A DNA stretch of 64,000 nucleotides from Candidatus Allocopromorpha excrementavium. GTDB taxonomy: Bacteria > Bacillota > Clostridia > Peptostreptococcales > Anaerovoracaceae. Every line of letters starts with the position of its first letter. Position 1 is the first letter of the stretch. The translations under genes and the position numbers were made by a program. The notes under the pieces are model-generated. The model was not told where the DNA came from and did not search any database. It saw only the letters and a program-made list of their open reading frames with translations. The DNA lies in the NCBI GenBank assembly GCA_018715265.1, contig DVLX01000026.1:235-64234 (forward strand), written 5' to 3'. This document shows positions 1-8,794 of this stretch, piece by piece.

Positions 1-346
1 TCCGTATACAGTCTCCCACCGACCGACTGCTCGCTTGAATACTTTCATCAAATTTATTCCGTTCATAGCATCTTTATTCATTTATAATTTTGCCACAAAA
101 TCGTGCATGATACTAATATATCCCATGACCTTTAGTTTGTCAACAGTAATAAGACAAAAATCCGAGTAAATATATGTATGCACAAACAATAAACCTATGA
201 TCTGTTTTCATCTGCACAAAGTCATTATCGGATAAATCCGTCAATGATACGCGCTCTAAAAAACCAAAAAAATCATCGATTTTGTGATTATTTACTATAT
301 TTATTAAATTTCTTTGTATTTTACCACAATTTTACCAAAAAATATG

Positions 347-374
347 TTGATTTTATTTCAAAAGCATATATAAT
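347..374 (+). promoter_or_regulatory. Candidate sigma-A promoter of the ilv operon
   Basis: TTGATT at 347-352, 16-nt spacer, TATAAT at 369-374, about 95 nt upstream of the ilvB ATG. Confidence 0.4.
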
Positions 375-471
375 AGGTGTTGCAAAGAAAAAAGCAAATT
401 AAAAACACGATTTTTCATATTCATATTGATTTAAAATCATAGAATTGAAATACGTATCTAAGGAGGAAAAA

Positions 472-2133
472 ATGAGAGTTACAGGTTCACAACTGGTTGC
501 TGAGATCCTGCTGGAGCACGGCGTGGATACAGTATTCGGATACCCGGGCGGAACAGCCCTCAATCTGTACGACACTTTATATGAATATCGCGACAGGATA
601 AAGCACGTGCTCACTGCACACGAACAGGGTGCAGCCCACGCAGCAGACGGATATTACAGAGCAACAGGAAAGACAGGCGTAGTATTTGCTACAAGCGGTC
701 CGGGAGCAACAAATCTTGTGACAGGCATTGCGACTGCCTTTATGGACAGCATCCCGATGATAGCTATCACCGCCAACGTTCCCGACAATCTCATCGGCAG
801 AGATGCTTTCCAGGAAATATGCATCACGGGAGTGGCCATGCCGATAACTAAGCATACATTTTTCGTGAACAGGATAGAGGATCTTGCCGATGCGCTGAGA
901 AACGCTTTCAGGATCGCCAACAGCGGAAGAAAAGGTCCTGTACTCATCGATATAACAAAGGATGTAACAGCAGCTCAGACAGAGTACAAGCACGCCGATC
1001 CCCTGCCGCTCAACCCGCTTCCTGAATTTTCGGATGAGTCTGTGCAGGAAGTCGCCGCTATGATAAATTCCGCAGAGAAACCTATCGTCTACTTCGGCGG
1101 CGGTGTCGCCGCTTCAGACGCAGGCAAAGAGCTCAATCAGCTGATAGAGACCGCAGATATACCTGCTACCTACACTCTTATGGCCGCAGGCATCGTAGGA
1201 TATGACAACAAGAGAAACCTCGGCCTCATAGGCATGCACGGAAGCATAGCCGCAAACAAAGCCGTAGACAGAGCGGATCTCATCATAGCCCTCGGAGCAA
1301 GATTCAGCGACAGGGTAGCTTTGAACCCTGAAAAATTCGCTAAAAAAGCAAGGAAAATACAGATAGATATAGATACAAGCGAAATAAACAAAAACGTGCT
1401 CGTAGACCTGGGCATAAGCGCCGACATCAAAGAATTCCTGACTAAGCTTCTCCCTCTTATAAAAAAGAACGATCACTCGGAATGGGTATCGCAGGCAACG
1501 GAATGGAAGAAAAAGACAGGAGATGTCAAGAGTCAGGACGCCGAACTCCACCCAAGTGAAATAATACACGCAGTATGCGATATGACCGACAAAGAAACTA
1601 TCTACGTGACAGATGTAGGGCAGCATCAGATGTGGGCAGCCCAGTACCTCAAGCATGAGAAGACCGAAAACTTCATCACCAGCGGAGGACTCGGAACAAT
1701 GGGCTACGGATACGGAGCGGCGATCGGAGCGCAGATAGGATGTCCTGAAAAACGCGTTATACATTTTACCGGCGACGGCTCTTTCCACATGAATCTCAAC
1801 GAGGCCTGCACAGCTGTCAGCCAAAACCTCCCTATAATAACTATAATAATGAACAACAGAGTCCTCGGAATGGTATACCAGTGGCAGACTTCTTTCTACG
1901 GCAAGAGATACGCAGCCACGACACCTGAAAGGAAGACAAACTTCCCTAAGCTTGCAGAAGCCTTTGGAGCTAAAGGTTTTTCGGCAGGGAATCCTAAAGA
2001 GTTCGAGGAAGTCTTCAAACAGGCCCTCAAGGAAAAAGGTCCTGTATGGATAGACTGCGCTATATCAAGAGAAGAACGTGTTCTTCCTATGATACCGAGC
2101 GGCGGTGCCATAGAAGATATGATCATAGGTTAG
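472..2133 (+). CDS. ilvB: Acetolactate synthase, large (catalytic, TPP-dependent) subunit
   Basis: The N-terminus (SQLVAEILLEHGVDTVFGYPGG), the GPGATN motif and the TPP motif (GDGSFHMN) are typical of AHAS. I prefer the ATG at 472 (AGGAGG at 461-466, 5-nt spacer) over the track's TTG at 445. The gene ends with TAG. Confidence 0.93.
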   Translation: MRVTGSQLVAEILLEHGVDTVFGYPGGTALNLYDTLYEYRDRIKHVLTAHEQGAAHAADGYYRATGKTGVVFATSGPGATNLVTGIATAFMDSIPMIAITANVPDNLIGRDAFQEICITGVAMPITKHTFFVNRIEDLADALRNAFRIANSGRKGPVLIDITKDVTAAQTEYKHADPLPLNPLPEFSDESVQEVAAMINSAEKPIVYFGGGVAASDAGKELNQLIETADIPATYTLMAAGIVGYDNKRNLGLIGMHGSIAANKAVDRADLIIALGARFSDRVALNPEKFAKKARKIQIDIDTSEINKNVLVDLGISADIKEFLTKLLPLIKKNDHSEWVSQATEWKKKTGDVKSQDAELHPSEIIHAVCDMTDKETIYVTDVGQHQMWAAQYLKHEKTENFITSGGLGTMGYGYGAAIGAQIGCPEKRVIHFTGDGSFHMNLNEACTAVSQNLPIITIIMNNRVLGMVYQWQTSFYGKRYAATTPERKTNFPKLAEAFGAKGFSAGNPKEFEEVFKQALKEKGPVWIDCAISREERVLPMIPSGGAIEDMIIG

Positions 2134-2147
2134 CTAAGGAGGGAAAA

Positions 2148-2663
2148 ATGGATAAGAAGATAAAAAAAGAAGTTATCAGTATTCTCGTCGATAACCAGGC
2201 AAACGTACTGACAAGAGTCAGCAGCCTTTTCGGAAGACGGGGATTCAATATCGATTCCCTTACGGTATCCACCACCAACGATCCTAAGCTTTCAAGGATA
2301 ACCGTGGTATTCACCGGCACTGAGCAGGGCCTTCACCAGATACTCTCTCAGACAGCAAAGCTTGAAGTCGTGAGAAAAATATTCACGCTGGACCCTGCAA
2401 GCAGTATTTACAGAGAACTTCTGCTGCTGAAGGTAAACGCCGATAAGACGGAAAGATCCGGTATAAAGGAAATCGTTGAAATATACAGAGGAAAAATCAT
2501 AGACCTCTCAAAAAACAGTCTTATCATAGAACTGACAGGCGGCTCAGACAAGCTTGACGGTTTCATGGATATGATGAGCTGCTATGATATATCCGAGGTA
2601 TGCCGTACAGGTATAACAGGCATCGGCAGAGGCGCTGGATGGGATACTGAGGACGAAGAGTAA
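2148..2663 (+). CDS. ilvN: Acetolactate synthase small (regulatory, ACT-domain) subunit
   Basis: ISILVDNQANVLTRVSSLFGRRGFNIDSLTV is the classic IlvN/IlvH ACT signature. The ATG at 2148 follows AAGGAGGG. The longer track ORF from 2046 overlaps ilvB and is not needed. Confidence 0.9.
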   Translation: MDKKIKKEVISILVDNQANVLTRVSSLFGRRGFNIDSLTVSTTNDPKLSRITVVFTGTEQGLHQILSQTAKLEVVRKIFTLDPASSIYRELLLLKVNADKTERSGIKEIVEIYRGKIIDLSKNSLIIELTGGSDKLDGFMDMMSCYDISEVCRTGITGIGRGAGWDTEDEE

Positions 2664-2712
2664 AGATAAAGAGAATTAAAAAATTCTTCAAATAAAATTT
2701 TAAATCCAATAG

Positions 2713-3726
<1,014 letters not shown>

Positions 3727-3770
3727 TCGCCTCCTGAAAACGTACAGCTGCATTACGAAAGGATAGCGAA

Positions 3771-5429
3771 ATGATAAGCGATAAAGTAACTAAAGGTGTA
3801 GAAAAGGCTCCGGCACGAAGCCTTTTCTACGCTATGGGCTATACAAAAGAAGAGCTGGAGCGCCCCCTCATAGGTGTCGTTTCAGCTAAAAGCGAAATAG
3901 TTCCGGGACATATACACCTCGACAAGGTTGCCGAGGCTGTAAAAGCCGGTGTTAGAATGGCGGGAGGAACACCTATCGAGATCCCTTCCATAGGCGTCTG
4001 CGACGGTATCGCCATGGGACATATCGGCATGAAGTACAGCCTCGCCAGCCGGGAGCTTATCGCAGACAGCGTTGAAACCATGGCAATGGCTCACGCTCTT
4101 GACGGTCTGGTCCTCGTGCCTAACTGCGACAAGATAGTTCCCGGCATGATCATGGGAGCAGTAAGAATAAATCTCCCTACGGTAGTATGTTCGGGAGGTC
4201 CGATGATGTCCGGCCTGGTAAACGGTGAGGAGACCAGCCTTTCAAAGATGTTCGAAGCCGTAGGCGCCAGAAAAGCCGATATCATAGATGACGACCAGCT
4301 CCTTGAATTCGAGCAGAACGTATGCCCCGGCTGCGGCTCATGCTCCGGCATGTACACAGCCAACAGCATGAACTGCCTTTCAGAAGCCATCGGCATAGCT
4401 CTACCGGGCAACGGCACTATCCCTGCGGTAGACAGCGGAAGGATACGTCTCGCAAAACACGCAGGAATGGCTATAATGGATCTCGTTGAAAAAGATATCA
4501 AAGCAAGAGACATTATCAACGAAAAATCCATCAGAAACGCGCTGGCATGCGATATGGCGCTGGGATGCTCATCAAACAGCGTTCTTCACCTGCTCGCTAT
4601 CGCCAACGAAGCCGGCGTTGAACTGAATCTCAATATATTCAATGAATTCAGCGCAAAAGTGCCTAATTTATGTCATCTGGCTCCGGCAGGCGGCACACAT
4701 ATGCATGACCTTAACAACGCCGGAGGACTTATGGCAGTGTTCAGTGAGCTTGCAAAAAAAGATCTTATCGATGAAAGCCTTATCACAGCCACAGGGAAAA
4801 CCGTCGGCGAAAATATGAAGGGCGCCCACGTCAAAAACTACGACATAATAAGACCTGTTGACGATCCGTACAGCAAAACAGGCGGTATCGCTATAATGTG
4901 GGGCAACATCGCGCAGGACGGCTGCGTAGTAAAGAGAAGCGCCGTGGCTCCTGAAATGCTCAAACACAGCGGACCTGCCCGTGTATTCAACTCGGAAGAA
5001 GAAGCTATCGACGCCATATACAACGGAAAGATCGTTGACGGCGATGTGGTAGTCATAAGATATGAAGGACCTAAGGGCGGTCCTGGAATGAGAGAAATGC
5101 TCAATCCTACCAGCGCTCTTGCCGGAATGAAGCTGGATAAAACAGTGGCACTTATAACCGACGGTCGTTTCAGCGGAGCGAGCAGAGGCGCATCCATCGG
5201 TCACGTATGTCCTGAAGCTGCCGCAGGAGGCAATATCGGTCTGCTGCGCGAAGGAGATATAATAGAAATTGATATACCGGCATCGAGCATCAACGCCAAA
5301 GTATCAGACGAAGAATTCGAAGCAAGAAGAAAATCCTATGTTGCGCCGCCTCCGAATGTAAAATCAGGATGGCTGGCAAGATACATGAGAAATGTTACAG
5401 CATCCTCAAAAGGCGCAGTTATGGAATAG
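3771..5429 (+). CDS. ilvD: Dihydroxy-acid dehydratase
   Basis: [27 protein letters not shown] and GRFSG motifs of the IlvD/Edd family; 552 aa. Confidence 0.95.
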   Translation: MISDKVTKGVEKAPARSLFYAMGYTKEELERPLIGVVSAKSEIVPGHIHLDKVAEAVKAGVRMAGGTPIEIPSIGVCDGIAMGHIGMKYSLASRELIADSVETMAMAHALDGLVLVPNCDKIVPGMIMGAVRINLPTVVCSGGPMMSGLVNGEETSLSKMFEAVGARKADIIDDDQLLEFEQNVCPGCGSCSGMYTANSMNCLSEAIGIALPGNGTIPAVDSGRIRLAKHAGMAIMDLVEKDIKARDIINEKSIRNALACDMALGCSSNSVLHLLAIANEAGVELNLNIFNEFSAKVPNLCHLAPAGGTHMHDLNNAGGLMAVFSELAKKDLIDESLITATGKTVGENMKGAHVKNYDIIRPVDDPYSKTGGIAIMWGNIAQDGCVVKRSAVAPEMLKHSGPARVFNSEEEAIDAIYNGKIVDGDVVVIRYEGPKGGPGMREMLNPTSALAGMKLDKTVALITDGRFSGASRGASIGHVCPEAAAGGNIGLLREGDIIEIDIPASSINAKVSDEEFEARRKSYVAPPPNVKSGWLARYMRNVTASSKGAVME

Positions 5430-5460
5430 ACGCATAAATTCATTCTAAAAACACGAAACA

Positions 5461-5520
5461 AAGAGCCTTTGCTCCCGCAGTATGTTATATGCACTGCATC
5501 AGAGCGAAGGCTCTTTTATC
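5461..5520 (+). terminator. Candidate intrinsic terminator after ilvD
   Basis: Long imperfect hairpin: AGAGCCTTTGCTC ... GAGCGAAGGCTCT with an inner GCAGT/ACTGC stem, followed by TTTTATC. Confidence 0.5.
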
Positions 5521-5576
5521 TTAATTTAAAACATATCCTGATCACGCGTGGCAGATCGCCCTTTTTACAGACTCTC

Positions 5577-6428
5577 TCAGTCATGTATTTTCATGCTGTG
5601 AAGCATTTTAACAAATGCAGGATCACTGTGATCCACGATTTCGCTGTGTCCCATATCAAGATCCGCAATCTTTTTCATTTCATCCTCAGTCAGCTCAAAA
5701 TCCCATATATCTATATTCTGCTCCATCCTGTCCTTATGCACCGACTTAGGTATTATTACAACGCCTCTCTGAACATTCCATCTGAAAGCTACCTGCGCAG
5801 CGCTCTTGCCGTACTTTTCTCCTATCTCAGTCAATACAGGATTTGTAAATATGCCGTATTTTCCTTCGGCAAAAGGTCCCCATGCTTCAGGAATAACTCC
5901 ATACTCTTTCATCAGCTCAAGGGCATCGGCCTGCTGGAAAAACGGATGAAGCTCCACCTGATTTACAGCCGGTATCACATCTACCGTTTCACAAAGATCA
6001 GCAAGACGTGCAGGATAGAAATTGCATACTCCTATAGCTTTTATCTTTCCTTCTTTGTACGCCTCTTCCATAGCTTTATAAGCTCCGATGTAGTCTCCCA
6101 TAGGCTGATGCACAAGATACAGATCCAGGTATTCAAGTCCCAAATTTTTAAGAGATCTGTCTATAGCTTTCTTAGCTCCGTCATAGCTCGAATCCTGCAC
6201 CCACAGCTTGGTCGTTATAAAAAGCTCTTCACGGGGAACGCCGCATTTAGCGATCGCTGCGCCAACAGCCTCTTCATTCATATATGCTGCCGCTGTATCT
6301 ATAGACCTATAACCTGTGCTGATAGCATCCAAAACAGCCTGTTCGCACTGCGCCAGATCCGGCACCTGAAATACTCCAAAACCTTCCATCGGCATTTTTA
6401 CGCCGTTATTCAGTGTTACAAATTCCAT
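5577..6428 (-). CDS. Aldo/keto reductase (2,5-diketo-D-gluconate reductase-like)
   Basis: MEFVTLNNGVKMPMEGFGVFQ ... YRSIDTAAAYMNE ... LDLYLVHQP are typical AKR motifs. Start taken at the ATG at 6428, preceded by GGAGG. The track's upstream extension to 6557 has no RBS. Confidence 0.85.
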   Translation of the reverse strand: MEFVTLNNGVKMPMEGFGVFQVPDLAQCEQAVLDAISTGYRSIDTAAAYMNEEAVGAAIAKCGVPREELFITTKLWVQDSSYDGAKKAIDRSLKNLGLEYLDLYLVHQPMGDYIGAYKAMEEAYKEGKIKAIGVCNFYPARLADLCETVDVIPAVNQVELHPFFQQADALELMKEYGVIPEAWGPFAEGKYGIFTNPVLTEIGEKYGKSAAQVAFRWNVQRGVVIIPKSVHKDRMEQNIDIWDFELTEDEMKKIADLDMGHSEIVDHSDPAFVKMLHSMKIHD

Positions 6429-6639
6429 TTTCAAAACCTCCAATCGTAATTTTAAAACTCTTTCTGAAATTATTATAGAAAAATGCAAGGGAAAAGTACA
6501 ATACACGTTACCAAATGTGCTATAATTAAAACTAATAGTAAGTCGCTGTGTTATCAATGTGCCCCGGTCAGCACCGCGGCTTTCACATAATATGTTAACG
6601 GCAGCTCACTGACGTTAACCTCTAAAGAAAGGATTACAT

Positions 6640-7512
6640 ATGATAGAAACTTATCTGCTGCAGCAGCTCATCGCGTTTTCAAAAAACGGCACGCTTTCCG
6701 CCGCATCGGAAAATCTGCATATCTCACAGCCCGCACTAAGTCAATCCATGAAAAAACTTGAAGATATCCTTGGCGTACCGATCTTCGAAAGGACAAAAAA
6801 CAAACTCACACTGAACGATACAGGCAGACTGACTGTGGAACTTACCGAAAAGCTGCTGACCCAGCAGGAAGAGATGATCGAAAAGATCCGGCTTTTCGAT
6901 AAAACAAAACATACTCTGTGCCTGGGCGCATGCGCCCCGATACCCGTATCGGACATCGTCCCTCTTCTCCCCCGTTTTTACAGCGGCTTCACCGTATCCT
7001 ACGAACTCAAAAACAGCAACGAAGCTCTATGGGAAGGTCTTGAACACGGTCTCTATCAGATAATAATAGTGCACGAAGAGACCGGCAAGTATCTCAAGTG
7101 TCCTGACGAATTCTTTTCATTTCCCTACAGGCAGGAAAATCTTTCTCTGTGGGTCCCTCACGAACATCCTCTTTCAGCACTCAGTGAGCTTGAGCTGAAA
7201 GATCTGGCTTATCAAAACATACTGCTCTACACCCATATAGGATTCTGGTACGAAATGTGCAAAGAAAAGCTCCCTGACGCACATTTTCTATACATGAACG
7301 AATTCGATGCCTTCCAGCAGATTTCCGGCACCAGCGCCTTTCCATCCTTTACGACTGATGCCTCTGCCGAACAGAGACAGGAAGCAGGTAAAAAAGTTAT
7401 CCCTATCACAGATAATGAAGTTCACGTAACATACCACTTCGTCTGCCGCAGAGAGGACAGCGACCGGTTCCTCCCGCTCATAAAGCAGCTCAGATCAGAC
7501 TTTTCAGCCTGA
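6640..7512 (+). CDS. LysR-family transcriptional regulator
   Basis: N-terminal wHTH (LQQLIAFSKNGTLSAASENLHISQPALSQSMKKLE) and ~290 aa length. It is divergent from the aldo/keto reductase, the classic LysR arrangement. Confidence 0.85.
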   Translation: MIETYLLQQLIAFSKNGTLSAASENLHISQPALSQSMKKLEDILGVPIFERTKNKLTLNDTGRLTVELTEKLLTQQEEMIEKIRLFDKTKHTLCLGACAPIPVSDIVPLLPRFYSGFTVSYELKNSNEALWEGLEHGLYQIIIVHEETGKYLKCPDEFFSFPYRQENLSLWVPHEHPLSALSELELKDLAYQNILLYTHIGFWYEMCKEKLPDAHFLYMNEFDAFQQISGTSAFPSFTTDASAEQRQEAGKKVIPITDNEVHVTYHFVCRREDSDRFLPLIKQLRSDFSA

Positions 7513-7595
7513 GGCTCCTTACCCCAGGTGGAAACTTTCATTTTTTTATGCTATACTTACAGCTATAATCACAGCCGTTAAAAAGGATGATCATT

Positions 7596-8015
7596 ATGAC
7601 GATACTTATAATAGATGCACAGGGCGGCGGTCTCGGCAGACAGCTCGTCCTTGCGATAAAACAGAATATACCTGATGCTCGGATCTTCGCAGTCGGCACC
7701 AACAGCGTGGCTACTACCGCCATGCTGAAGGCAGGCGCAGACGAAGCAGCAACGGGGGAAAATGCCGTCGCGGTAGGATGCCGCCGCGCAGATATCATAA
7801 CAGGACCTGTCGGAATAGTAATATCCGATTCCCTGTCCGGTGAAATAACGCCGAGGATTGCCCTCAGCGTATCGAGAAGTTCCGCGACCCGCATACTGAT
7901 CCCGTTCAACAACTGCGACAACATCATTGCCGGAGTTGCAGACCTGAGCATGGGAAAACTTATCCAAAACGCCATAAGCGAAATCAAAAAACTCACAGAA
8001 TCACGCGATAAATAA
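7596..8015 (+). CDS. DUF3842-like small protein (glycine-rich IDAQGGGLG motif)
   Basis: MTILIIDAQGGGLGRQLV N-terminus resembles the DUF3842 family as I recall it. ATG at 7596 lies 8 nt after AAGGA. It sits directly upstream of larB. Confidence 0.55.
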   Translation: MTILIIDAQGGGLGRQLVLAIKQNIPDARIFAVGTNSVATTAMLKAGADEAATGENAVAVGCRRADIITGPVGIVISDSLSGEITPRIALSVSRSSATRILIPFNNCDNIIAGVADLSMGKLIQNAISEIKKLTESRDK

Positions 8016-8038
8016 CGCAATAAATAAAAGGGGACAAC

Positions 8039-8794
8039 ATGAAAAGTGAAGTAAAACATATTCTCGAAGCCGTCAGAGACGGCGACATGTCAATAGATGA
8101 CGCTCTTTTGAAATTAAAAACAAAACCTTACGAAGACATTGGATTTGCAAAAACAGATCTTCACCGTAAAGTTCAGCAGGGAATACCTGAAGTGATATAC
8201 GGCGCAGGCAAAACAGCCCGGCAGATCATCGGTATCATGAATACCATGAAAGAAAACGGCCAGGAAAGAATCCTGATAACACGCCTTTCAAAGGAAGCCG
8301 CCGAGATCATAGGCAATTCACATGAGCTTTCCTACTACGAAACAGCGCGGATCGGATTTTCCGGCGATTTTCCGGCTCCCGACGGTATAGGAAATATCGT
8401 CGTCGCAACAGGCGGCACCAGCGATATCCCTGTAGCAGAAGAAGCTGTGCTGACCGCGGAAGCCCTCGGAAACAATGTAGTCAGACTGTACGATGTGGGC
8501 GTTGCCGGCATACATCGCCTCCTTTCACATAAAGAGGATGTTATGCAGGCAAGCGTGATAATCGCTGTCGCCGGTATGGAGGGAGCGCTTGCCACCGTCA
8601 TAGGAGGACTTGCCGACTGTCCGGTCATTGCAGTACCTACGAGCATAGGATACGGAGCCTCCTTCAACGGGCTGTCGGCTCTTTTATCCATGCTCAACTC
8701 CTGCGCGGGCGGAGTCTCCGTAGTCAACATCGACAACGGATTCGGCGCCGGCTATCTCGCCAGTATGATAAATCACATGGAGGCAAAGAAATGA
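8039..8794 (+). CDS. larB: Nickel-pincer cofactor biosynthesis protein LarB (NaAD carboxylase/hydrolase, AIR-carboxylase fold)
   Basis: About 250 aa. N-terminal helical part (DDALLKLKTKPYEDIGFAKTDLHR...GIPEVIYGAGKT) and a PurE-like C-terminal half (IVVATGGTSDIPVAEEA ... AVAGMEGALATVIGG). Confidence 0.85.
   Translation: MKSEVKHILEAVRDGDMSIDDALLKLKTKPYEDIGFAKTDLHRKVQQGIPEVIYGAGKTARQIIGIMNTMKENGQERILITRLSKEAAEIIGNSHELSYYETARIGFSGDFPAPDGIGNIVVATGGTSDIPVAEEAVLTAEALGNNVVRLYDVGVAGIHRLLSHKEDVMQASVIIAVAGMEGALATVIGGLADCPVIAVPTSIGYGASFNGLSALLSMLNSCAGGVSVVNIDNGFGAGYLASMINHMEAKK

Noticed and set aside
1-66. Possible 5' end of a minus-strand gene leaving the window (MNGINLMKVFKRAVGRWETVYG...).
   Set aside because: Only 22 codons are visible, with no Shine-Dalgarno sequence and no recognisable motif. 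It cannot be supported from this window.
375-471. T-box or attenuator leader upstream of ilvB, as in Bacillus ilv-leu.
   Set aside because: The leader is only about 95 nt, AT-rich and without a T-box sequence, specifier stem or terminator/antiterminator pair that I could find.
5469-6449. 326-aa plus-strand ORF exactly mirroring the 326-aa minus-strand ORF.
   Set aside because: It is antisense to a clearly recognisable aldo/keto reductase. Its translation is low-complexity and hydrophobic with no RBS. The equal length is a coincidence of stop-free antisense frames.
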